A DNA stretch of 64,000 bases from Octopus vulgaris (taxonomy: Eukaryota). Shown piece by piece: positions 12,505-25,137 of this stretch. Where the stretch lies: the NCBI GenBank assembly GCA_951406725.2, contig OX597818.1, positions 21,638,001-21,702,000 on the forward strand. Direction: 5' to 3'. The translations under genes were made by a program, and so were the position numbers. Under the pieces are notes generated by a model. That model worked only from the letters and a program-made list of their open reading frames with translations, was not told where the DNA came from and ran no database searches. Positions within the stretch are counted from its first letter, which is position 1. Each line of letters opens with the position of its first letter.

Positions 12505-13530
12505 ATTTGTTAAATTTCTTCCAACCACTACAGTTTTTTAAATTTTCACCGGATTATTTTCAAAAAATTTTGTTCTGATGTAGCTTTTCATGTTGCTGAT
12601 GAAAATTGCATTCACTTTTTCTAGAAATTAATGATAAAAAAAAGTTACAAGGATTAGAATTATGTAATTTTAGCCAATCAGCAACCTTCATTGCCAGATA
12701 TACTGGACATTGTGGCTGTTTGTCCCCATGGGGACAGCACACATGAAACCATTACATGTTCTTTTGACCGGCTTAAAATAGCAGCCAAATCTTCCTTAAA
12801 CTACACCATAACATTAAAAAATCCAAAAAGAACAACACATTGAGTTACAACACCATTTATTTCCCCAGTTGAAGCAAACCCACTTGTTGAATGCTATTAA
12901 TAACATTTAAATTAAAGTTACTCCACAGATGTAACTTTTTATTGACCTCGCTGCTCTTAAATCAGTTACAGGGCCCCACAGTCCATATTAAATGTACTTC
13001 CTCTTTCCTTATGATAAAATTGTAATCAAAGTTAAAAGAAAATTGTGGAGAGGTGGTGGAGAAAGAACTGGTTACCAATGCTGTTGTATGAAGTGCAATG
13101 TTGATGATGATGATGGTATTCTTTCTCTGCCACCTAACCTTGTAAAACAATTTTATCATGAGAAAATACATTTAATATTGATCTGAGGAAATAAATGGTG
13201 CTGTGGCACATGTCCTTTTTTTTTATAGATATTATGGTGTAATTTATGGAAGATTTGGCTGTTCTTTCCAGCAGGTCGAGAGACTGCATGAAGGGTTTAT
13301 ATCTGTTGTTCCCATTGGATGGACAGTTGTTGTGATGTCTGGTATATCTGGCAATGAAGGTTGCTGATTGGCTAAAATTACAAAACTTTAAATGCTTGTA
13401 ACTTTTTATTATTAATTTCTAGAAAAAATTAATTTTCTCATCATTATGAAAATCTACATCAGAACTATATTTTTTGCAAATAATCTGGTGAAAATTTGAG
13501 AAACTTGAAGAGGTTGGAAGAAACTTAAGA
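12505..13530. repeat. Long inverted repeat, arms about 12505-12830 and 13210-13530
   Basis: 12664-12703 is the exact reverse complement of 13342-13381 (40/40). The flanking arm sequence is recognisably similar but diverged. Confidence 0.88.
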
Positions 13531-15324
13531 TCTTCTACAATTAATTTTTAAAAACATGTATTTAAATATACATGCAGACAAAACAGCTCATTTAACATAA
13601 ATATATATATATATACTATTTTCATACATTGTTAAACTTAAATATCTTTTGTGGAACAAAAGGCAAGAAAAGAAAAAGATTTTATGCTTTGATAATAATG
13701 CGTTGGAGGTGGGTGGTGTTACACCGGCTGGTTGGTTTATGGAATGAAATAAATTTTTTTCTCTCTCACTGCTTCTTTATATTTTTAATATAGAATACTT
13801 AGTTACCTTCCTAGTTACATATTACTATCTGTCCAAAGTATATCAGCAGTTGCAGATTGGATGCTGAAGTCATGATGACGATGATACTTCTGCCTACTAA
13901 GGAAGTGCTTCATTTTTATTTTTGATTATTGATATTGTTTATCAAATATGGTAATGTAGTAGTATGCTTGAAAAAAACCCATATTTTCAATGAAACTTTG
14001 TTAGTGAATCCACAGTTGTAGATTTACTTGCTGGGGGTGGCTCAACTTATTTTAGTTGCTTGCTGAAACAGATACAATAATTAGATGTTTTCTTTTACAA
14101 CTCTTTGCCATATGACCATCATGGAAATGACTGGGATTGAGTATCACATTGGAAGCTTCCTCTCTGTTTCCATTTGCTTAAATCCTCTGTTGTTTTAATC
14201 TCTTTTCTTCCTGTTTCAAAGTAAAAAGTATCAGTTAGTCAGTTATATCAGAATACAATTTTGTTTAACCCTTGGCCAGCTCTGATCAATCAAGATAATA
14301 TATGGTCAGGATGTTTGAGTCATGACCAACCAAGCTTATTCTCAGTCATACCATGTCAGTGACTACATTATCCAGTGTATCTTCCCCTTTTTTAAAGATG
14401 ACAACATATGACTTTTATGGATTTTCACTGCTATTTCTTGCAGGTGAAGTGCTCATGTAGAGTCTTCTTTGTTGGCTTGTTGGCAAAATATGTAATTCAT
14501 TTGTTTGTAAAGACTATGAAAAGTTTTGTCTTCATATGATAAATATAACTCCCTTCTAAAGCCCAGGGAGAGCACAGGATAATTTCTTTCTTTTGTTTTA
14601 ATATACTTAGCCCCAATTTGTTGGTGTGCAGCATTTGAGCAATAATTATGCCTTTGGATAGGAGGCAGCTCTATTGAAGTCAACATTCCCATAATATTCA
14701 GTAACTTATTTGTGACAGTATGGTGAATTGTATTGCTTACTACTAAGTGCATTGATCAAATTACCTACAGGAATCTCATTATGTAATTTGAAGTCAACAC
14801 CCTTTGATCCTTAAACAGCAGGAAAGGGTTCCATGAATGTGTGTGCTGAACGTGCAAAAAAACAAAAGAAAATATCTTTTTTTTTTCTTCAAGATAATTT
14901 TTGTATCTATCTTCACTTTAAGTAAGTACAAAAGCTATGAAAATTTACAGTCCCATTATTGAAAAATGACATAAAATATTCGCTTTCCCTTGCATATCTG
15001 GCACAGGCATAAATTCATTTGAGATTCTCATGTTGTTGCCAAATGAATATACAAATGATGAAAAATTAGTGCACGTTTCCATCCTGGGCAAGTTGAAGCA
15101 TTACTTTTATTATTTAGAGGATTGTCACTATCATCTACTTTGTCTGATGATAAAGGAAAGTCAGAAAACATTTCATTATTGATTTCTCCCATCAACAAGG
15201 GCTGCTTATGCTTAGGCATTGGTTGATGATGGCCATATCCAGGTAAAAGTTTTGAAATCTAAATTGATGATATCTGCTGTTCTCTAATGAAGCATCAATT
15301 TATGATGTTTGCTGTTTAAGGGTT

Positions 15325-15522
15325 AATTCAATTCAATTCAATTTTTTCAATTCAATTTTTATTGGCTCAAAAAGCAAAAGCAAGGCCATGTAGGGAGACA
15401 GGGAGTTATGTACAGGGAGGGTGGTCATACAAAGAGTTCAGGCCATTTCTGGTCAAGAGAGACTTTGAACCGAGCGGTCGTCGGCATCTTCACAATCTCG
15501 TCCGGCAGCTTATTCCACGGAC
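15325..15522 (-). mobile_element. CR1-group LINE 3' end
   Basis: Minus strand reads PWNKLPDEIVKMPTTARFKVSLDQKWPELFV*, the WN.LP...FK..LD C-terminal motif of CR1/L2-group ORF2. A short UTR and a (TTGAA)n tail follow. Confidence 0.8.
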
Positions 15523-15559
15523 CAGTTAACTACTGGTCTACTCTATATTTCTTTATATG

Positions 15560-15668
15560 TAATAATAATAATAATAATAATAACATTGTGTACAGTGCTC
15601 AGGTGCACTACAACTCATCTAAAGTGTATGTATAATCAGGTGTAGTTTCGGCGGATTTCGGAAAGCAT
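15560..15668 (-). mobile_element. Short 3' fragment of a second CR1-group family with (TTA)n tail
   Basis: tgtgtacagtgctcaggtgcactacaactcatc...atcaggtgtagt matches 32711-32880. Confidence 0.65.
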
Positions 15669-18278
15669 GTGTCATAATGTAGCTCAGTTTTGTAGACCCC
15701 ACCCCATAGAAACCATTAACTCCAGCCATACACATGTATGAAATATAACTGTTGGAGTTAATCATCACCACTAGGTTCTTGGTTGCCTTTAGTGTAAACA
15801 ACTTTTTTGCAAGCATTCAAACTGGGACACAAAATTTTGCTACAGATTTGACAATTAGATTTTCAACCACATAAAAACCTCATCTATCTGGGATCCATGC
15901 AAAGTTCATGGACTTTGTTTTCCTCTTCTAACTTTCAAAGAATGAAATGAAAACAAATTGAGATTCGGGTATATGCTGTTTGAGATTAGGATATATACTT
16001 GTATTATTATAAAGATGTTGATATGGCTGCTTACTTTTATTAAAACTGCTTTTTGTGAAACAAATATGGATCTTTCACAGAAAGTTCTATTAACTAACAG
16101 CATAGAAAATTTCAGTGTTGTGTTTTATTATCATTTAGTTCTCCCATCTCTCATGCACCATGGTCCAGTGATTAGGGTGTGAGATCCATTATTCCTGATA
16201 TCCTATTTCTCCAGTATGAAGTGTAACTGTTTAGGCTCCCCAATTTTTCCTCAGTTTTAATCTTTTTATTTCTTTTCCATTGACTGCCTGCCTGCCTGTT
16301 TAGTTAGTCATAGCAGTGATGGACACGGTGAAACTTGGTTAGAGCTTTATAATTAGTTTCTCTTCAATTGTCTTAAGTGCTGTGTATCTCAGTACAGTTT
16401 TGGAAACTAATGATATTGTTGCTATTTAAGACCCAGGATGATCTTTATTGAGTACATCCATGTACTTAAAAAGTCCATCCTATCTTTATAAATCTATGTA
16501 GAGCAACATTATCTAATGTGCTCTTTCATTATTTCAGACAGTATGTCTTTTCCTAGGAGGTCTGGTGATTACACACAGACTCATTTATTGGCTTGGGAGC
16601 TATGAAGTTACTTGTGTATATGTGTTTTAAATGTTTACATTGTTTGGAAGAGAGAATGTTTAGGCTGCTATTGTTGTAGTGTTATGAGGTATTGAAGATA
16701 TAACTGATTGTTAGGATTGAGTAGTTGTAACTGTAGCAGTAGGGACTATGGGGAGTAGAGTTTACAATAGTAATAAACAGTGCTTGTTGTTTAATGTTTT
16801 TTCATTCTTAGTATTTTTGCTTCATTGTATAATTGATCAGTGGCTGTGGTATGTATGCAAAGTATACTGTTTTGTTTTTGTCATTTGTTGTGGAGAGATT
16901 AAGAGTCCAGATGAGACTCTCATAATCCACAACAAAGTATCTATGAAGTCACTCAACTAGCTATAACTAATAGTCAAATTTCAAACTATATCTTTCTGTC
17001 TTAATATTACAGTGTTTCTTTAGTATTTGCATTGGCATCTTTACTTCCTGATCACTCAGTCAGAAGTAGGTTATTTTCTTTTTTATCTGAGGTAAAAGTT
17101 AGTTGATATTCATAGACTTTCTATTCTACATATAGGTTTCAATCTTAAAGAGTAAGTAGCTAACTTACTTGTTTTTTTTGTTTTTTTTGTTTTTTTGATG
17201 ATCTGGCAGAAATTGATATTTACAGCATCACTTGTCTGCAGCCAGTTACTTTTATTTTTCCCTACCTCATTCACTCTTGCTATTGTTAATCTCATATATG
17301 TGTAATAATGTTAATAATTTTGTACTTTGGCTTGGAAATCTTGTGCAAGTACTGTTCAGTGTTTTGTCCAAAAGTAATAGAATGCATATTGCAGGATTAA
17401 TAGTAATTGTTAAATATAAGATTTTATCAGAAATAAATATATTGACAATGCAAACCCTGTGTGTGTGTGCGTTTCATATTGTTGTACGTCATTTCAAATA
17501 GTATACCTTGTTTCAGTTTATTATTATTTCAGTTTATATGTATTGAGAGCTTGTTTCTGTATTTATATGTATTGAGAGGTTGCATATTTTGTAATGAACT
17601 AAACCTATTATTAACCCTTGTCCAATAAAGTAGAATATAAAATGCTTTCTATTATTTCTCTCTTTTCCTCTTATTAACTTCTATTTTCCATTTCGCATTA
17701 ATTTTAAGAAAGATCCTACTTTCTTTCTGAAAGTTAGATGGATTGTTTTTTGTCTTGTAATCCCATGGGTTTGTTGGCATGTCACTGAAGACTTCATCTT
17801 CATTTTTCATGAGAGAAATATTTGCAAAATCCTTCAAGCCATGCAGGTAATGAGTTAAGCAAAATATGTAAGATAATGTCAATGAATGAAAACAAAAAGA
17901 AAAGATATTGTATTACTACTTTATATAAGTTGGTTAAAGATTCCTCTTTTCAAATGAAAGAAAGAAAGAAAATAAAGATTTTAGAGAAATGTGTTGTTAT
18001 TGGCAAATCATTCAAGTAAATTACTATCATTTATCATATTTAAAGCAAATGAACTTAAAAAACGGCACTATACTTTTAGAAGGAGTTGAAGATACCTCTT
18101 CAAGCCAAACAAATCATTTCTCAATTTTACAAAGCTGCTTTATATTCAGTGGTAGTTTTTTAATTACCATTGAGCTCATAATGTTTTAGTTATATATCGT
18201 AATATGCTTTAATTCAGGCAACTTTCAAATAATTAACATGTTAATTTGTAATGTAGTATTTAAAGATGTTCTAATGTT

Positions 18279-18492
18279 GGTTTCAAGTTTTGGCACAAAG
18301 CCAGCAAATTCCAGGGAAGGGGTTAAGTCAATTTAATTGACTGCAGTGCTCAATTGGTATTTTATTGACCTTAAAAAGATGATAGGAAAAGTTGTCCTTG
18401 GCTGAATTTGAGCTCATAATGTTGAGACAGATGAAATACCATTAAGTATTTTGCCCAGTGTGCTCATGATTCTGCCAGCTCGCCACCTTTGG
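18279..18492 (-). mobile_element. tRNA-derived SINE, family C, with 14-bp target-site duplication
   Basis: Flanked by gatgttctaatgtt (18265-18278) and gatgttctaatatt (18493-18506). The minus strand has A-box-like TGGCAGAATC and B-box-like GAGCTCAAATTC. Many related copies occur in the window. Confidence 0.8.
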
Positions 18493-18851
18493 GATGTTCT
18501 AATATTAACTCACTTTAAATGGGTATCAGTTTATGGCTCAACACCCCACCTTATTCCAGTAGTACCCATGGCATATGTTACATACTCTAGTTTATCTTTG
18601 TTTCAGTAGCTTTTTTAATTTTTTTTCTTGTTAGTATTCTGGTATAAAAATGTTTAAAATTTTCCATTAGTTTCCTCTCCGATTAGTTCTAAATAATGAG
18701 TCACTACTTCTTGACGTAACACCTGTTTAACATTGCAATACTTGGGAATATAACTAAATTAGAGGATGGTCTACAGGTATCTCTAAAACAGAAAATTTCA
18801 TCATGGGATTTGTAATATTTCTTACTTCATCATCATCATCATTTATTTATT

Positions 18852-18886
<35 letters not shown>

Positions 18887-21800
18887 TTAAATAATGAATG
18901 TGGAATATGTATTGCTGAGAAAAATAAAGAGAGAGAGGAGGAATGATAGAAAGTAAAAAAGACATAACATCTTATGTTGTTATTTAACCCAAAGTCAATT
19001 CTCATCAAGCAAACCCAAGTTAAAAAAGCATCTCAGCTATGATCACCCCAACTTTTTAGGAGTTTCTTACTACAATAACCAGTGTCTTTTTTTTTTCAAG
19101 AGAGTGAAGAGATACAAATCATACCAGCTAAGATTAACCCTTGCCTATGGATTTTATTCAATAATTTTTTAATGCTGCACCACGGTGTTAATTATTCTAT
19201 TATAATAATTACTTACTTTGGGTACCAAATTACACAGTTACACAACTAAGTAATGTTCATCACTTTCCCAAAATTGTTACTAACTCAAACTAGTTGGTTG
19301 AATCGACCACAGTACACAGTTATAATATCTAAGCTGTTAAGGCATTCATACATCTAATTGTATCATCTCTATGGAGGTTTGTTAATGGAACTCCCTATAC
19401 TCTAAATGTAGCAAAGTTGAAGGCCAATGTTTTTAAGAGAGTACAGTCACTTATAATGACACTAGTAGTTAATTTGCTGATCCTTGAAGGATAAAAGACA
19501 ATGAACCTTGACTGCATTTGAAGTGAGAGAAACCTATAATATGAGGTATTTATTCTCCACAGAAGGGCCCTATTTGAAATGGTGTAATGTGCTTTCCCTT
19601 CATGGCTAATAATTGGATCTTATTTTAACCAATGTAGACCATCACTATTTTCATGGGTCTCTAGTTTTTTTTACCTTTGCTGTCTATCTTCGTAGTCTTA
19701 CTGTTTCTGTCAGCCTACCACTACATATTCTACACTAAAATCACTTATTAAAATATTAGTTACTTATTATGCACATTACATTAGCTGGTTGTGACTTTTT
19801 CATTCATAAATATTTCTTTCATATTCTGGTTAGGTGATGGGGAAAGGAGATAAGCTCTATTTTTATCCTACACCTTCCTCTCATTACATGTTCACTGCTG
19901 CTTCTTATATAATATATTCATTGCTAATTCATTTTTTCCCCTAAACCACTATATTTTATCAATAACAAACTGGGTAGGATCGGTGTTCTGCATTGCTGCT
20001 AAATATAGTCATGTCTAGGAATTCAGTTGAATCTTGTTACACCTTTGTATTCAGCAGACAACAGACAAATAATGTTGCTTTTTTTGTTTTGGCTTCGCTA
20101 AAAGGCATAAAACCCTTTTTGTTTTGAGGAGGGAGGATATAGTTGATAGATATTAGTGATAATTATTATACTTGCACTGCTGGGGTGGTGGCAATGAAAT
20201 GTAATATTGACAAATAGAGATATATAAACTTCAAGTAGTTTAATACGGAGTTAGTAGTTGTAAGTTATTCAGCCTAGTGATCTTACTATTTCTTACAAAC
20301 TTTCACTTAGATAGACAAATATTAAGATCTTATATATATCATCATATATATATATATATATATAAATCATCATCATAATTTTACATCTACTGTCATGCTA
20401 ATCTGGGTTGGGCAAGTTGTTCCAGTCAGAATCAGTTCTTACTCAGAGTTACTGCACTCCTGCATGGATCAGAAACTCTCTTCTTGTTCATATATTTTAT
20501 TTTTGGCTTGGTTTCTATGGCTTTAGACCTTTTATAATGTTGGCTACTTTGCAGAGTGTACTAGGTACATTCTATCTTAGTACATATTTTGGAGAAGTTA
20601 CCATGTCCTCAACAAAACAAAGAAGTCCTCTCAACCCCATGACTCTCCCTGTTTGGAAATCACTTCACAGTATGTCCTTTATAAGACATACAGGATGGTA
20701 CACTTCTCCACTATGGGTTAATCATTTGAGAATGGTTAAATCTTAATTTTGAGTAGAGCTGGATAGGCTAACGTGGAGCAATTGAGTGGCCTTCACAATC
20801 ACCGGGTTTAACACCACCTGAAATTTTCTTGTGAGGTGTACTGAATGATGTTGCTTTACAGGCACAAATGGAAAACAATTCCTAAACTGAAACAAGTAGT
20901 TTCTGATAAATTTTCTGAAAGCAGTGCTTCAGCATGGCCGCAGTCAAATGACTGAAACAAGTTAAAAGAACAAAAGAAAGAATACTGTAATTTATTTTTG
21001 TTCAATAAAAGTTAATAAATCAAAAAAGGGCGTTACTTTTGCTGTATATGTATAATATATACCTTGTGTATATATATCTATAATATATACCCTGTGTATA
21101 TATAATATATATATATATATATTTATATTGTATACTTGTTATACATATATATTAAAAGGTTGGCTTACAACAGTAGCCAATTTTAATTTTCCTTAACACA
21201 CTGATTTATAGAAAAATTGAACTGAAACATTGACTGGGTAATTTTTTTTCTGTTGAAAAGTTTATTTTAATTTACATACATACTAACATAATTAGAAAAC
21301 AAATTGTATTTCTTATGAATGAAATATATGCTGAATTTAAGAATGAAAGATATATGACTCCAGTATAACCACACTCCTACATACTACTAATTTAGTGTAC
21401 ATTAATACTAGGAACTGAATGGAGATTAAATTGTTAGCTACAGTTTAATAATGAAATATTAAGCTAGTTTAGAATAATGTTGATATGAAAAATTATGCAA
21501 ATTAACTATGTGTTAAGCTGTAGGAAAGTGGTAAATAACATATTGGTAAGCACTGACAAAATTCTTTCTGGGATTCAGTTACAACTCTTTATTGAGGGTT
21601 GATTTAAACAACTATAACCCTTTCCTCAATTCTGTTAGAAGTTAAGTAGTAGACTTGTGCATATGCCTTCACTTTACTCATTTTTTGTACTGAGAGAGGG
21701 GAGGGAGAAAGTCAAAGATATATAGTCCTTACATATTCTATAAATAATTATGCTTAAGGAAACTGCTACTTGGGTTTGGAAAATGTTTACATCACTGTAT

Positions 21801-22023
21801 ATTGAACTCTGACCATAAAGTACTTGAGTACTAAATCATATTTAGCGTTTAGCATATCTTTACTCCCACTAAACCTTAGTCTAATTTTAGCCTACAAAGT
21901 TCAACAAATAAGATCAGCATTGGTGTGCTACTTCTACTACAGTGCTCATGTAACACTGACATTGGAATACTGTTTAGGTATATGGGACAGTGTGTTGTGT
22001 GTGTGTGTGTGTGTGTGTGTATA

Positions 22024-22848
22024 TAAAGGTGCATTCCAGAAGTTTTGAGACATTTTCTGGAGAGACATTTATTAATTTCAAAGAAGTACAAAACTCTAAT
22101 CTCCTTCAAAGGAGGTTCCTTTAACATCAATACACTTGTTATAGTGCTCCAACCACTCCGTGAAGGCACCCATGGAAGTCCTCCAAAGTGAAGATGTCCA
22201 GAACTCTTGTCACAGCCTTCTTCATCTTCTCCTACAACTTGATCAACCAAAAGTACAGGGGGCAAGGTCTGGACTGAAGGACAGTTTTGATATCCACCTC
22301 TTTCAAGTAGTTGGTTACCAGGATGGAATTGCAGACTGGTGTATTGCCCTAGTGCCTGTAATTTGGCTTTTGCAAAGAAATCTCTTCCTGAGCTCCCTCA
22401 AAACCTCTGCAAAATACTCTTTGTTGACCATCTGGCCAGAAGGAATACAATGGATGTAGATGAATGGATGTATATGAAAGGGAATTATCATGAGACTTTG
22501 TTTTGCCTGGCTTCCTGTGCCAGCTAAAAGCAGATGCACTGCACTTGCAAATTAATCCATAAGCAGTCTGGAGAATTTTATAAGTTTCTGTAGCATTTTT
22601 GCCCAATTAGTACTAAACTTTATTGCACAGTAAGCTTCCAAATTGCCTTCATGCTATGATTGCATTCTGCAAACTAGTCATCTGTAACAAGTACTGTTAC
22701 AGCTGTCTCCTTCAATCTGGAATAAGAGAAGTTGATAGGTCAGCTTCGTATAGTAATGATATATATTAAAATTACAGTAATCTAGGACAGTTATAACTGC
22801 CTCTCCTAAAAAAAAAAAGTCTCAAACTTCAGGAATGAATGTGTCTCA
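22024..22848 (-). mobile_element. Internally deleted, degenerate mariner-family transposon
   Basis: Imperfect TIRs (cattccagaagttttgagaca... / ...agtctcaaacttcaggaatg) are flanked by TA. Minus-strand fragments LGKNATETYKILQTAYG, IPSGQMVNKEYFAEVLRELRKRF and SPDLAP match mariner transposase motifs. Confidence 0.85.
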
Positions 22849-23016
22849 TATAATGATAATCTCTCATAGTCCATGAAAAATTATTCTGTAACTTCTTGCT
22901 GAACATCCTGCAGAAGTGATTTGTTAATAGTGACCAAATCTATGTACTGTACATTAGCTCACTCATTCTATCAAATAGATGTTGCCTGAACAGGTGCACA
23001 GTGTGTCACATGTCAG

Positions 23017-23409
23017 CTCTTTTACTCTTTCACTTGTTTGTCATTTGGCTATGGCCATGCTGGAGCACCACCTTTAGTTGAGCAAATCGACCCCAGGACT
23101 TATTCATTGTAAGCCTAGTACTTATTCTATTGGTCTCTTTTGCTGAACCGCTAAGTTACAGGGACGTAAACACACCAGCATCGGTTGTCAAGTTAGGGGA
23201 AAAGCATAGACACACAGACATATACACATACATACATACATACATACATATATATGTGTGACAGGCTTCTTTCAGTTTCCATCTACCAAATCAACTCACA
23301 GGGCTTTGGTTGGCCTGAGGCTATAGTAGAAGGGTGCCATGCAGTGGGACTGAACCTGGAACCATGTGGTTCGTAAGCAAGCTATTTACCACACAGCCAC
23401 TCCTATGCC
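23017..23409 (-). mobile_element. tRNA-derived SINE, family A, full length
   Basis: Reverse complement of 28596-29004, including the internal microsatellite and the aagagtaaaagag tail. Confidence 0.9.
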
Positions 23410-23424
23410 TATAAAAAGTGTGTG

Positions 23425-23544
23425 ATGCTTACAGCACCTAGGTTTCCCAAGCGGTCACCCATCTATGTACTTACTAGGCTTGACGTTGCTTAACTTCGGT
23501 GATCGGACAAGAACCAGTGCTTTCAACGTGATATGGCTGTAAGC
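23425..23544 (-). rRNA. Isolated full-length 5S rRNA copy, probably a pseudogene
   Basis: The 120-nt minus-strand sequence is GCTTACAGCCATATCACGTTGAAAGCACTGGTTCTTGTCCGATCACCGAAGTTAAGCAACGTCAAGCCTAGTAAGTACATAGATGGGTGACCGCTTGGGAAACCTAGGTGCTGTAAGCAT. Terminal stem GCTTACAGC/GCTGTAAGC, box A-like AGTTAAGC and box C-like GATGGGTGACC are present. Several apparent CpG-decay changes; T5 lies 7 nt downstream. Confidence 0.92.
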
Positions 23545-23559
23545 TGTTGAAGTAATCAC

Positions 23560-23665
23560 AGACCAATATGAGATGAAGTGTTTTGCTCAAGAACACAAAG
23601 AACTTTCTAGTCCAGGAATATCACTCCGTGAGTGCAACACCCTAACCATTAGGTTATGTGCATCC
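23560..23665 (-). mobile_element. 5' part (tRNA-like head) of SINE family D
   Basis: aagtgttttgctcaagaacacaa...gtccaggaat...caccctaacca matches 35140-35235. Confidence 0.7.
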
Positions 23666-24748
23666 CCCGCTCCATCTTGGACCACATTTAAAAGAAGACC
23701 ATCCAACTTATTAGCAAAACTATACTCACCAACACTCTTCAACTACTAGTTCATAGATTTGTAATTTGATTTTTCTGACTTGTACCATTACTACAATGTC
23801 CTAGCTTTCTAGACAAGCCAGCTCCATAGCTTCTCAATTTGAGGCTATTCATCCCCCTCCATTTCCCCTGCAGTTGAGGCCCTGACATTAATAATGGGTT
23901 AGAAGAAATGTACCACTTTTCCTTCTTACAAGATTGTTCCTAACCTGTTGTCTATGTGGACACTGCACCCCAGCCACACAACCAAGCAGTCACTTTCCTT
24001 CTCTCTCACCTTTCACCCACTACCTGTTCACTTAATCAACTACATCTCTCTTCCAATAAATCAGATATATTTTATAGCTATTAAAAGGAGAAGCAGAACC
24101 TATGATTCTTTCCAATTCTTCTGGAACTAGTAGGAGGAAGGAAAACAAATTTATTCACAGACTGGAGAAATTGCCTGAATGCCTGTAACAGAGTGGCCTC
24201 CACTTAAGAAATCTAAGAACAGGTTTTGGTATTAAAAGGAGAGGTGGATTTAAACCTACCACCCTAATGTAGGAATGTGCTTGCCAAGAACATTCACTGT
24301 TTCTATCAACTTTAACTCACAAGGTTACAGTAAAAGACACTAGCCCAAAGTGTCACATAATGCGACAAGACCCAAGACGATTTAATTGCAAATATAAAAA
24401 TAAACCCTTCTAATACAGTCATGACTGCAGTTATATTACATATAACAAAATGTGCTTGGATTAAGTACATTTAAATGGTGAAATTTACTGAATCCTAGCA
24501 AGTCTAACATATCTATGGTTTTAACCTTTTTATTGTAGAAATCAGATATATCTACTCAAAATTTCATTTTTCATAACTGCAATCTTTTGTTGAGGAATGT
24601 CATGTTTGAAACTATTTTTTGTTGAGATTGTCAAATTTAATGGGGGAATGTAACTTGTAGAAAAGTCCAATGGTATTCTTTTGGTAGATATTTAACATCC
24701 TTACTGGAATAACCATGAAATTTAATTTTGCAGTTAAAGGATTAAATT

Positions 24749-24927
24749 TAGTGCTGGAGCATTGCCTTAAAGGGTTTTTTAGTCAAAGAAATCAACTTCA
24801 GGACTTATTCTTTGTAAACTTAGTACTTATTCAAATGGTCTCTTTTGCCAAATCACTAAGTTATGGGGACATAAACACACCAGCATTGGATATCAACCAA
24901 TGATGAGATAGGGAGGGACAGACACAG

Positions 24928-24978
<51 letters not shown>

Positions 24979-25137
24979 TACACATATGATGGGCTTCTTT
25001 CAATTTCCGTCTACCAAATCCATTCACAAGGCTTTGGTCGGACTGAGGCTATAGTAGAAGATACTTGCCCATGATGCCATGCAGTGGTACTGAACCCAGA
25101 ACTATATGGTTGGGAAGCAAGCTTCTTACCACACAGC
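24749..25137 (-). mobile_element. SINE family A copy
   Basis: Similar to 28596-29004 in reverse; has the internal (TA)n. Confidence 0.85.

Noticed and set aside
15028-15219. 63-aa minus ORF with protein-like composition (likewise 17652-17882)
   Set aside because: No recognisable domain and no convincing splice sites on that strand; the length is within chance expectation.
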